Source: a virus (lineage: Duplodnaviria > Caudoviricetes). From it: 64,000 nt of DNA. The notes under the pieces are model-generated. The model was given only the letters and a program-made list of their open reading frames with translations. It had not been told where the DNA came from and ran no database searches. Each line of letters opens with the position of its first letter. Within the stretch, counting starts at the first letter, position 1. The stretch lies in IMG/VR virus record IMGVR_UViG_3300032030_000038, positions 35,425 to 99,424 of that record; one strand, 5' to 3'. Positions 36,673 through 44,975 of this stretch are shown in pieces. A program made the position numbers and the translations under genes.

Positions 36673-36746
36673 TTACTCAAACAGGATTCGAACCATAGGA
36701 AATTTTAGTTAGAAATCCCCCAATTTTATACTCAAACTAATGAGAG
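36673..36746 (-). pseudogene. Degenerate tRNA-like element
   Basis: 74 nt; TA-GTTT..AAAT D arm, GGTTCGAATCC T loop, partial acceptor CTCA/TGAG, abnormal 8-bp central stem. Confidence 0.4.
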
Positions 36747-36798
36747 AGTGGGGGACGAAAAAGATGGGAGGCTGGCCTAATAAGACCAAGCCACCCAC

Positions 36799-36816
36799 AA
36801 AAAAGGGCCGAAGCCC
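36799..36816 (-). terminator. Intrinsic terminator with cUUCGg tetraloop
   Basis: GGGC-TTCG-GCCC-TTTTTT overlapping the TAG stop of the upstream gene. Confidence 0.85.
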
Positions 36817-37124
36817 TAGCAGATTTGTATCAACTCGGAGACTTCGCCCGTCTCCTCATCCACTGTCTCTTTGATAGCAAACGTGTCACCCTTATAACCA
36901 GGGTTAGCGAATGCAAATGTCACACCCTTTTCCCACTGGTCAGTTGGCTTGCCATCCGGACCCAGGACGGGCTGTTTAAATGTTAATGGCCACACGGTTA
37001 TCCCACTGGGTTTTACTCTTGCAGGAGTGGTCTTGATTGCTTTTGCAAGGTCTGGTCTTTCCGAGAGTTTTTTAGATTGAAATTCCTCGAAAACTGCATA
37101 CTTTGAATTAAATTTAACTGCCAT
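36816..37124 (-). CDS. 102-aa hypothetical protein, first gene of the leftward arm
   Basis: MAVKFNSKY...; TACTAACTTAAAA leader; own terminator; GC-richer than flanks. Confidence 0.7.
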   Translation of the reverse strand: MAVKFNSKYAVFEEFQSKKLSERPDLAKAIKTTPARVKPSGITVWPLTFKQPVLGPDGKPTDQWEKGVTFAFANPGYKGDTFAIKETVDEETGEVSELIQIC

Positions 37125-37204
37125 AGTTATTGAAGTTTTTAAGTTAGTAAATATTACGGTGGACCGAACCCAATCAGCCCGACACCCAGGGGGTGCTGGG
37201 GGAC

Positions 37205-37274
37205 TACCCACCGCCCTTTTAACTATAAAAAAAAATTTGAAAATTTTTTATCAAAATAAATACCCACCGCCCTT
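37205..37274. repeat. Direct repeat TACCCACCGCCCTT x2 followed by A/T tracts
   Basis: Identical 14-mers at 37205-37218 and 37261-37274, each followed by TATA-A(n)-TTT. Confidence 0.8.
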
Positions 37275-37432
37275 CCAAATATAAAAAAATTTATAAAATT
37301 TAAAAAAAAAAATAAAAAAAAATTATCAAAATTTCCCAAAAAGTTCCGAAATTCTCCGAAATTTTTCACCCCTCAAAATAAGGAATTTTCTTAACTACCT
37401 GAAAATCAATGAAAAAAAATTTTACTTACCCC

Positions 37433-37464
37433 CTTGACTTTTTCAAAAAAATGTTTTATATTTG
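37433..37464 (+). promoter_or_regulatory. Bacteroidota-type promoter for the rightward arm
   Basis: CTTGAC (-33 region) and TATATTTG (37457-37464, TAnnTTTG). Confidence 0.65.
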
Positions 37465-37479
37465 CACAACTTTGTTAAA

Positions 37480-37680
37480 GGGGTTCAGTCAGTTGAAAGG
37501 GTCCCCACGCCAACACGGGAAAGTAAAGGATACCGTTAGCAGGGCAGAGGTAAGTTGGGGCCAGAGATAACAAGAGTGAAAACTAATAATATATAAACGC
37601 CCCTGGATGCTGGCTGGGTTAGTGGTGAGACCCCACTACCGAGGAGCTTGAAGGATGGGAAAGCGCTCCTGAGGTCTCTT
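37480..37680 (+). ncRNA. Candidate ~200-nt multi-stem, pseudoknotted RNA
   Basis: GC-rich island right after the promoter; TTCAGTCAGT/GCTGGCTGGG (G.U-rich), GGTCCC/GGGGCC, TAGTGG/CCACTA with loop GAGACC complementary to GGTCTC, AGGAGC/GCTCCT. Confidence 0.5.
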
Positions 37681-37739
37681 TATATAAAAAACTTAAGTTA
37701 GTTTTTTTATATTGTATTACTAATATAAATGTATAATAT

Positions 37740-40505
37740 ATGGGATTGTATGAATTAAGTATGTATCCTGATGGGTATAATATATATGCTGGTGGCGGCT
37801 CTCCAGAGAATCGTGCTACTTTTGAAAAATCCTTGGATAAATTTATAGCAGCTAATCCTAAAGTGGGTGACATAGATACTAAAATATTCAGGGATTTTAT
37901 GATAGCTTTGGCAAATCACGAAAGCAGCTTCAGGTCAAAAGCGACAAATAATGTAGGCAATTACAGTGGGTATTATGGTCTTTTAAATGGTAGTAAAATG
38001 ACTGAGGAGGAGCAGCACAGGGCTGCTTATAATCATTTGAAGAAGATATTCACGGAAAATATGGTAAAAGAGGATATTGTAAAAGCCTCTGAACTGGGTA
38101 TAACCCCAGCACAGTTGTTAATAAAGTATTGGAATCAGGGAAACAGGGTTACTAATTATTTATATAATGGTAAAGACTCTACTGACGGGTTGGGTACAAA
38201 AGTCAGCGAGTACGGTAATGACATCAACCTTGATTTGGACTACTCTGCTTATCTTCCATCTGCAATTACATCTGATTTTGTAACTGTTGAGAAAGGTAAA
38301 AACTCTCTTTCAAATGCTATAAAATTAGCCAGGATACCTGGGATGGATTATTCAAACAGGGAGTCTTATATTACTAATTTGAATAAGGAGTATAACAAGG
38401 GGTTTGATTCCAGAAAATTGCAAGTTGGTGATATGATATGGTTAGTTCCTAAAAGTGATTCTGAAAAGCAAGATGCAGGTAATACCCCTACAAGAGGTAA
38501 TCAAGTGCATTTTTTGGAAGCACCTCTAGGTGAGTACCAAGTTTCACCTTATAACATGCCAGCTTTTAAAAATCCTTATATCCCAATTCAAAGTGTTGAC
38601 CTTAATACAAAAGAGGGATTCTACAATCCTATATTACAATACAGGGCAAATACAAATGCAACAGGTGGCTCTCTCACAAAGTATGATACAAAATTACCCA
38701 AGGGAAAAGAAAAAGAATATTCACAATGGGTTAAATCTCTTCCATTGAATCTTCGTGATGACCATGATTATGACCTTAGAGGTGCTTTTCTAGAGGGATT
38801 AAAGCCTGACAAGTATGGTCACATGTCCGATAAGTATAAGAAACCTTGGCATCCGACATTTAGTAACGAAAGTATTTATAGTACAAAAGATATACAAGGC
38901 GGTCATTGGGAGGGAGATGAGTTTATTCCTTCTCCATGGCAGGAAAAACGCCAACAACTTATTAATTCAATGAATCTTATGGAACCAAACACATTTTCAA
39001 ATGGTGGTGCTATCCACATAAAACCTGAAAACAAGGGTAAGTTTACAGCAGCTGCAAAACGTGCTGGCAAATCGGTTCAGGGATATGCCTCACAGATTTT
39101 GGCAAACCCCGATAATTACTCTTCCACGTTGGTAAAAAGAGCCAACTTCGCACGCAATGCAGCTAAGTGGCATGCATGTGGTGGTAAACTTTATCCCGAT
39201 GGGGGTCCGATAGATCCGCCGTGGGCTTCATTTGTTCCTTCGCAACCGAGAGAACCCCAGGTGGTAAGACCTCAGCAACAGGCCAATCCTTATTTACTTG
39301 GTCTTTCAGCTGGAATGGGTCAAAACGAAACCGCAAAATATTCTACAGCAGCTCAAACACCTGAATTTCAGCAAGGTTATTATGATGGTCAGGCTCAAGT
39401 AGCTGCTTCAGAGGCTGCTAAAGCTGGCAGAATTCCTGTTATCGAGCCTGGTATTGAAATGGTTTCCCCAGGTCTTGATTTATCTCCTGTAGGAGATGTC
39501 AGAGCTTTGGTTGATGCTGGTGAATATTACCAAGCTACAGGTGATTTGAAAACTGCTTTGGGACTTGCAGCATTGGGTGTTATTGCTGTGCCGGGGGCCG
39601 GTAAAGCTGCTGAAAGAGCTGGCAGAGAGTTTCTTGATGATGTGACATCAAAAGAAGTTCAACAGTTTGTTAAAAATAGAGAGATGTTGAGTGGAGCTCT
39701 CGAATCTATGAAAAATTATGGAAAACAAAATGTTACTAAGCCTATTGGCACTTTAAATTATAGTATACCTTCTCCAGAGCCTATGCTTAGCGAGGTTCCC
39801 TACAGACTAACAATAACTCCTCCAAAACCAAATCCAATGCGTAGCTTACCTGAGCCACGCACATTTATAAACCCAGACGGTACGGTTATAACTCCAGGAG
39901 GAGCAGTCTTTACACCAACTGTTGAAAACCCAATGAATAGACTTAGTGCAGTTGAAAAGCAAAAGCTTATAAAATCTGTTGGTGACATTGACTTCAATCC
40001 AAAAACAGAACCAAAAGTGAATCCAACTACAACCACTACATCAAGTGCCCCCAGCACAACTCAAGATATAGGTAATAGTAAAAAGGGGTTGAAAAAGGTT
40101 GGTCAGTGGATGAAAGACAATCCGTGGAAAACGAGTGCTATTTTTGCCATTCCTACATTTTTAGGAACTATGCCATTCTGGGATGATATTGGAAATAAAA
40201 TAGAATTGTCAAATCAAAGAGAGGAAAATCCTGGTATTGTTATAAACCCAGGAGATACTGTTTATCAAAATACTAATACAAACACGGCATCAGACATTGA
40301 TACCACTACAGATAAATATGCTGCTAACAGGGCTCTTGTGGAAAATATGGCTGCTCTCGATCATGACGAGATTGAGTGGGGTAGAAGACAACTTGACTCA
40401 GTATTAAATACCAAGCACTCTCCAATGGACTCACTTATATGGGAAAACTGGATTAGACAAGCTATAGAGGATAGTGCAACCAGACAAAATAACTACAGGC
40501 GTTAA
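37740..40505 (+). CDS. Multidomain virion-associated protein: lysozyme/SLT-like, LysM-like and conserved crAss modules
   Basis: ALANHESSF...YSGYYG (SLT-like Glu), LQVGD.IW (LysM-like end), DYDLRG..KKPWHPTFSNES, IHIKPENKGKFT..KRANFARNA..W, late hydrophobic segments. Confidence 0.6.
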   Translation: MGLYELSMYPDGYNIYAGGGSPENRATFEKSLDKFIAANPKVGDIDTKIFRDFMIALANHESSFRSKATNNVGNYSGYYGLLNGSKMTEEEQHRAAYNHLKKIFTENMVKEDIVKASELGITPAQLLIKYWNQGNRVTNYLYNGKDSTDGLGTKVSEYGNDINLDLDYSAYLPSAITSDFVTVEKGKNSLSNAIKLARIPGMDYSNRESYITNLNKEYNKGFDSRKLQVGDMIWLVPKSDSEKQDAGNTPTRGNQVHFLEAPLGEYQVSPYNMPAFKNPYIPIQSVDLNTKEGFYNPILQYRANTNATGGSLTKYDTKLPKGKEKEYSQWVKSLPLNLRDDHDYDLRGAFLEGLKPDKYGHMSDKYKKPWHPTFSNESIYSTKDIQGGHWEGDEFIPSPWQEKRQQLINSMNLMEPNTFSNGGAIHIKPENKGKFTAAAKRAGKSVQGYASQILANPDNYSSTLVKRANFARNAAKWHACGGKLYPDGGPIDPPWASFVPSQPREPQVVRPQQQANPYLLGLSAGMGQNETAKYSTAAQTPEFQQGYYDGQAQVAASEAAKAGRIPVIEPGIEMVSPGLDLSPVGDVRALVDAGEYYQATGDLKTALGLAALGVIAVPGAGKAAERAGREFLDDVTSKEVQQFVKNREMLSGALESMKNYGKQNVTKPIGTLNYSIPSPEPMLSEVPYRLTITPPKPNPMRSLPEPRTFINPDGTVITPGGAVFTPTVENPMNRLSAVEKQKLIKSVGDIDFNPKTEPKVNPTTTTTSSAPSTTQDIGNSKKGLKKVGQWMKDNPWKTSAIFAIPTFLGTMPFWDDIGNKIELSNQREENPGIVINPGDTVYQNTNTNTASDIDTTTDKYAANRALVENMAALDHDEIEWGRRQLDSVLNTKHSPMDSLIWENWIRQAIEDSATRQNNYRR

Positions 40506-40530
40506 GAAAAGTTAATTTATTTTCTATTAT

Positions 40531-40561
40531 TTTGTAGATTCGAATATATATAGTATATTTG
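40531..40561 (+). promoter_or_regulatory. Bacteroidota-type promoter
   Basis: TTTG (40531-40534), 19-nt spacer, TATATTTG (40554-40561). Confidence 0.7.
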
Positions 40562-40591
40562 TTTATATTTTAAATAAAAAAAATTATTTAC

Positions 40592-41830
40592 ATGGAAAAT
40601 AAAGAACTTGAAGCTATATTAAATAACGAATCCTTGACTGCCAGAGAGAAATATAAACTCATTTACAATGAAGATTGTTCTCGGGACAAGGCTCGTCATG
40701 CTATAGAAAAACTCAAGAAAACCGACAGGAAATGCTTTATAGGTAAGATTCTCAACCGTGATTGCGGGGAGTCTGTCGAGCTTAATTGTGATGGAACCCA
40801 ATGTAGTTCAAAAAGGTTTTTATGTAGTGAAGATGATATAAAGTGTCCCGAGTTTCTTCTTGTAAAACATGGTTATGATCCGAATAAATTCGTCCTTGTA
40901 AGTGCGAAATCCAGTATATGGGATGCAACCACTAAAGATGGTGACAAGGTGATGTATTCTTCAAAGATCACTGTAAGACCAATTGATTACAAGAAAGATC
41001 TGGATGCTCTTGTTAAAAGTAGTATTGAAAAAACTGATTTTCTTAAGTTTAGAGATGCCGTAAAAGAAGAGCAAAGTACTATAAATAATAAGACATATAA
41101 ATATTTTGCAGCTGAAATATGTTTTGCTGATCTCCACATAGGTCTTACAGACAGAGCTGGTAATGAGGATTTTGAGGCTCAAAAGAGATATCTTGAAAAT
41201 GTAAAGAGTTACATTGACGAGAATAGTGACAAGCTCACGGAAATTTATATCACATTCCTCGGGGATATATTTCACTATGACACAAAAGCAAAAACAACTA
41301 CTGCGGGAACTTCCCAGGAATCAAATACTAGCTTTGAATATATATATTCAACCGCTATAAATTATTTTACCGAGTTATTTACCGCAATAGCATTGCACGG
41401 TATTCCTACATTTGTAAATTATGTACCCGGTAATCACGATGAGATGCTGGGTTACACACTTCTTAGATTACTAAGGGAGTTGTTTAAGGACCTTGAATTT
41501 TATTTTAATATTTTAAACGAACCTCGTAAGCTGGTAAAGATAGGTAATAATCTTGTTGGATACACTCACGGTGATATGCCGGCAAAGAACATAACAAAGT
41601 GGATTTACACCGATGCAAGACATATGCTTAAAGATGTAGCGGCTATAGAAATTCACGCAGGACACTTTCATTGTGAGAAGGTTCTTGAAGACAACGGGCT
41701 TGTGCTCAGACACTTGCCTTCTTTGGCCGAACTCAGTCCCTGGGAAAAGGCCAATGGGTACACTCACGGTAGAAGAGGTATGTTGTTTGAATGGTCCAGA
41801 TATAAACTTGAATCAATTAAATATCTGTAA
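40592..41830 (+). CDS. Metallophosphoesterase (calcineurin-like) with N-terminal extension
   Basis: ADLHIG, LGDIFH, PGNHD, THGD, AGHFH. Confidence 0.85.
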   Translation: MENKELEAILNNESLTAREKYKLIYNEDCSRDKARHAIEKLKKTDRKCFIGKILNRDCGESVELNCDGTQCSSKRFLCSEDDIKCPEFLLVKHGYDPNKFVLVSAKSSIWDATTKDGDKVMYSSKITVRPIDYKKDLDALVKSSIEKTDFLKFRDAVKEEQSTINNKTYKYFAAEICFADLHIGLTDRAGNEDFEAQKRYLENVKSYIDENSDKLTEIYITFLGDIFHYDTKAKTTTAGTSQESNTSFEYIYSTAINYFTELFTAIALHGIPTFVNYVPGNHDEMLGYTLLRLLRELFKDLEFYFNILNEPRKLVKIGNNLVGYTHGDMPAKNITKWIYTDARHMLKDVAAIEIHAGHFHCEKVLEDNGLVLRHLPSLAELSPWEKANGYTHGRRGMLFEWSRYKLESIKYL

Positions 41831-41832
41831 AT

Positions 41833-42045
41833 ATGTACGTTGACAAACACGGTAAAAGAATACCAAGCAAGTATGACAATGAGCCTGTGTATTTTTGCAG
41901 GCATTGTCTCTCCCTTGACATAAGAACTATGGACGATTATGATTACTGCAATCATTGTGGTAGTATGTCGATAACATCATCTGATATTGATCACTGGGAC
42001 TCTTTGTACCAGTTAAGATATGGCAAGCATTTATTAACTAAGTAA
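41833..42045 (+). CDS. Small Zn-finger protein
   Basis: CRHC...CNHC. Confidence 0.7.
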   Translation: MYVDKHGKRIPSKYDNEPVYFCRHCLSLDIRTMDDYDYCNHCGSMSITSSDIDHWDSLYQLRYGKHLLTK

Positions 42046-42064
42046 TAATTTAAATTTATAAAAA

Positions 42065-42355
42065 ATGGCTGAAGAAATGAACAATCAAATGGCAAAGCCG
42101 ACTTATGAACAACTTGTAAGCTATATTAATCAAATGGAGAAGCAGCTCAACGAGCAGCGGCTCGGTGAAATTATTGCCCAACTTAACTTCCTTTTCAAGG
42201 TGGTTGAGCTTAAAGACAACTTCCCCGAGGACTACGTAAAGAAATGCATCAATGAAATTCAGAATGTGTTGCTTATCAAGTCCAATGACGATGCAAAAGT
42301 TGCTGATGTTCCTGAGAAGGTGGTTAAGAAGAGCACTGCAAAGAAGAGCAAGTAG
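42065..42355 (+). CDS. Conserved hypothetical protein
   Basis: TYEQL, L.FLFKVVE; A-rich leader. Confidence 0.7.
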   Translation: MAEEMNNQMAKPTYEQLVSYINQMEKQLNEQRLGEIIAQLNFLFKVVELKDNFPEDYVKKCINEIQNVLLIKSNDDAKVADVPEKVVKKSTAKKSK

Positions 42356-42359
42356 CAGT

Positions 42360-42752
42360 ATGGAATTGGGCAATTCAACCGTTATTCGGGTTCCCACAAA
42401 GTTGAATTATACGTTCTTTCGATATTGGGTTGAGTTCCTTGCCCCAATCCATAAATTAAGCAGGCGTGATGCGGATGTTTTCGCATCACTCCTGTTTGAA
42501 CGCTATAAACTTAGTCAGGCGGTTACTGACCCCAAATTGATAGGGAGCTTATTGACCTCATCCGAGGTTAGAAAAGAAATATGTGACTTCCAAGGCATGA
42601 CAGGTCCTCACCTCAATACATGTCTTGGTGCTTTGCGTAAACAGGGTGTTTTCGTTGATAATGACATTAATCCGAAATTTATACCTATATTCTCAAAGGG
42701 CAAGGATGATTATAAACTTATAATTCATTTTAATCTTCATGAGGACAAGTAG
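42360..42752 (+). CDS. Putative winged-helix DNA-binding protein
   Basis: Start reassigned to MELGNS; R.EIC...M....LN..LG.LRK.G pattern. Confidence 0.55.
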   Translation: MELGNSTVIRVPTKLNYTFFRYWVEFLAPIHKLSRRDADVFASLLFERYKLSQAVTDPKLIGSLLTSSEVRKEICDFQGMTGPHLNTCLGALRKQGVFVDNDINPKFIPIFSKGKDDYKLIIHFNLHEDK

Positions 42753-43041
42753 ACCAGATCCAAAGGTAGCTGAAAAACACGGCATTACTGTTAAAGAATT
42801 AAACGATATTTATTATGATATGTTTGCATTTATAAAAGAGAAGATTGTTGCTCTTGATTTGCTCAATGTATCAGAGGAGGAGTTTAATAAAATAAAGGCC
42901 AGTTTTTCAATACCTAATATAGGAAAACTTGGTACAAATTATAAACGAGTAAAACATTTTCAAGAAAAATTAAAAAAATATGGGAGAAATAAAGTTAAAG
43001 AAAATCAAGCCGATGTTCACGTCAATAGTGACAACTGCTGA
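42739..43041 (+). CDS. HU/IHF-like DNA-binding protein
   Basis: KVAEKHGIT..EL..IY..MF..IK...SFSIPNIGKL. Confidence 0.6.
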   Translation: MRTSRPDPKVAEKHGITVKELNDIYYDMFAFIKEKIVALDLLNVSEEEFNKIKASFSIPNIGKLGTNYKRVKHFQEKLKKYGRNKVKENQADVHVNSDNC

Positions 43042-43369
43042 CAGATATACAGAATTGGTGCATATTCCTGGCTCCTCGCTTTTGAGTGCCGAGCACAACA
43101 AGAGCGGACTTAAAGAGTATCAGAAAGTTATTGCGGTGGGCAGCATGGTAAAGAGTGTCAAGCCTGGTGACTTGGTTTGTATTAATCCTGAACGATATGC
43201 GGTGCGTAAGTACGCCAAGGACAATTCAATGAAGGATGACATGGAGGAAACTTATCGTAAACAAACAGTAGAGTATTCTTTCCATGTTGTAAGACTTGAC
43301 GATCAGCAGTGTTTGCTTTTGCAGGAAAATGACGTTGACTACATCGTTGAAGAGTATACTGAAGAGTAA
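42980..43369 (+). CDS. GroES-like co-chaperonin
   Basis: IKPM...IV, VIAVG..VKSVKPGDLV, LLLQENDV. Confidence 0.65.
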   Translation: MGEIKLKKIKPMFTSIVTTADRYTELVHIPGSSLLSAEHNKSGLKEYQKVIAVGSMVKSVKPGDLVCINPERYAVRKYAKDNSMKDDMEETYRKQTVEYSFHVVRLDDQQCLLLQENDVDYIVEEYTEE

Positions 43370-43374
43370 TACTT

Positions 43375-43950
43375 ATGAGACTTTTTACATTTAGCAATTA
43401 CCAACTTGTAATATCCCCGGAAGCCTTGGCAATCAAGGCTTTTAGGGTTTTATGGGACAGGGATAAGACTGCAAGTAAACTGGTGGCAACACAACAGTTG
43501 GCATATATTTACTTTATGTATGATCCCCGTAGTGATTATATGTTCATTGTCGATGAAGATGAACGTCATGATCATATTGTCGAACAGGAGGGATTGCCTA
43601 AAGGATGGAAACCTGACAAGGAGGTTAACAAGGCGATAGAAGTTTATAAGTTTCTTATAACAACACCTAGCTCATTATTGTTGCAAGATACAAGGGAATT
43701 GATAGACAAGGTAAGACACCAATTAAAAGAGGTTGACCTTACTGCTGTCGACGACAGGGGCAAGCCTATCTGGTCGTTAGCCCAAGTTACAAGTACAATT
43801 AAACAAATACCGTCTTTAATACAGGATCTTACAAATGCCGAGAAGGCAATCAACAGTGAAATCGAAGAGAATTCAAAAATGAGGGGATCTGGTGTGAAAA
43901 AATTATTTGAAGACGGCGTAATGGGATTTGACAAAACACAAGACAAATAA
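43375..43950 (+). CDS. Conserved crAss-like protein upstream of TerL (terminase small subunit candidate)
   Basis: RDKT..K..A...LAYIYF..DPRSDY; position. Confidence 0.55.
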   Translation: MRLFTFSNYQLVISPEALAIKAFRVLWDRDKTASKLVATQQLAYIYFMYDPRSDYMFIVDEDERHDHIVEQEGLPKGWKPDKEVNKAIEVYKFLITTPSSLLLQDTRELIDKVRHQLKEVDLTAVDDRGKPIWSLAQVTSTIKQIPSLIQDLTNAEKAINSEIEENSKMRGSGVKKLFEDGVMGFDKTQDK

Positions 43951-43951
43951 T

Positions 43952-44737
43952 ATGAAAAACGGCTTTAAGTGGAAAAATAACAAGTGGAATGTAGGTCTGT
44001 GGTGGGGAGATCATCACCCTGACCGTGATGTATTCTGGTATGGTGATTCTGTATCAAAGGATTCTGATGGGAATCTCGTGCTTGATGTTGTACGTCATCC
44101 TAAGGAATTTGATGGTAAGATGTACCATTATAGTGTAGGTTGTGTGCAGGATGTAAACGATTATAAATACGGTCTTTTCAGATGGTGGTGCAAGCTTCCT
44201 AAGGGAAAAGGTGTTTGGCCTGCTTTGTGGCTGGCTTCACGTCAGTCCTGGCCCCCTGAAATAGATTGTATGGAAGGCTGGTCAAGAACTGACAAGGCCA
44301 CTTATAGAAAAGGTTTGTTCAAGTTCAATATCCACCCGACAGTACATTGGGGTGATACTGAGAACCACAAACAGAATAGAGGCAGACGTGCCGGATTGCT
44401 TTCTTTATGTGAGGATAAAGTCAATGAGTTTGCCATACTGTGGTTGCCCAAATATGTGTTTGTACTGTATAATGGCTGGGTTGTTGGCCAGTTCAATGAC
44501 AAAGAGATGCTTAAGCAGCTTAATGAAGAGGGTATTACAATGTCCCCGATAATGAGTATTAATGTCACGCCGAATGGCGAATCCTTTGATTATCAAGACT
44601 ATCTGAAGAACGGCTCACCTATGATCGTATATGATTATGAGTATATACCTTTGGAAAAGGTAGAGGTTGATCCATTTTATTATGAACCTTATGAATTTTG
44701 TTCTAGAAGAAAGAAGATGCAAGATGAGAAAAAGTGA
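43952..44737 (+). CDS. Glycoside hydrolase family 16
   Basis: YG.F, KLPKGKGVWPALWL, WPPEIDCMEG (ExDxxE catalytic motif), TVHW; start reassigned to the ATG at 43952. Confidence 0.85.
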   Translation: MKNGFKWKNNKWNVGLWWGDHHPDRDVFWYGDSVSKDSDGNLVLDVVRHPKEFDGKMYHYSVGCVQDVNDYKYGLFRWWCKLPKGKGVWPALWLASRQSWPPEIDCMEGWSRTDKATYRKGLFKFNIHPTVHWGDTENHKQNRGRRAGLLSLCEDKVNEFAILWLPKYVFVLYNGWVVGQFNDKEMLKQLNEEGITMSPIMSINVTPNGESFDYQDYLKNGSPMIVYDYEYIPLEKVEVDPFYYEPYEFCSRRKKMQDEKK

Positions 44738-44972
44738 TTATATGAAATTAAGCAAGGAAAGACTTGCTGAACTTCTTGAAGAATATGATATGCGGGAATA
44801 TATTGGGGGAGTGGGGCAATTTAACCCGGCTGGGATAGTTCCTTGTTATGCTGAGGGCGGTTATTGCACAAATAAACACAAGGACTGTATTAATTGTCCA
44901 AAAGACTGGGCTAGTGGGACAACTACCTCAACTGAACCTGCTGGATTTAAAATAAGAAAGACCTCGAAATAA
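44724..44972 (+). CDS. Small Cys-rich protein
   Basis: MRKSDYMKLSKERLAELL...C...CTN...DCINCP. Confidence 0.6.
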   Translation: MRKSDYMKLSKERLAELLEEYDMREYIGGVGQFNPAGIVPCYAEGGYCTNKHKDCINCPKDWASGTTTSTEPAGFKIRKTSK

Positions 44973-44975
44973 ACT

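Noticed and set aside
36700-36716. CTA as an amber-suppressor anticodon in the tRNA relic
   Set aside because: CTA is not centred in a canonical loop, and the acceptor and T stems are defective
37125-37440. CRISPR-like mini-array
   Set aside because: Only two 14-bp copies with low-complexity spacers; no cas genes
37480-37680. tmRNA or RNase P RNA
   Set aside because: No T-arm/CCA end or tag reading frame; no RNase P P4 consensus seen
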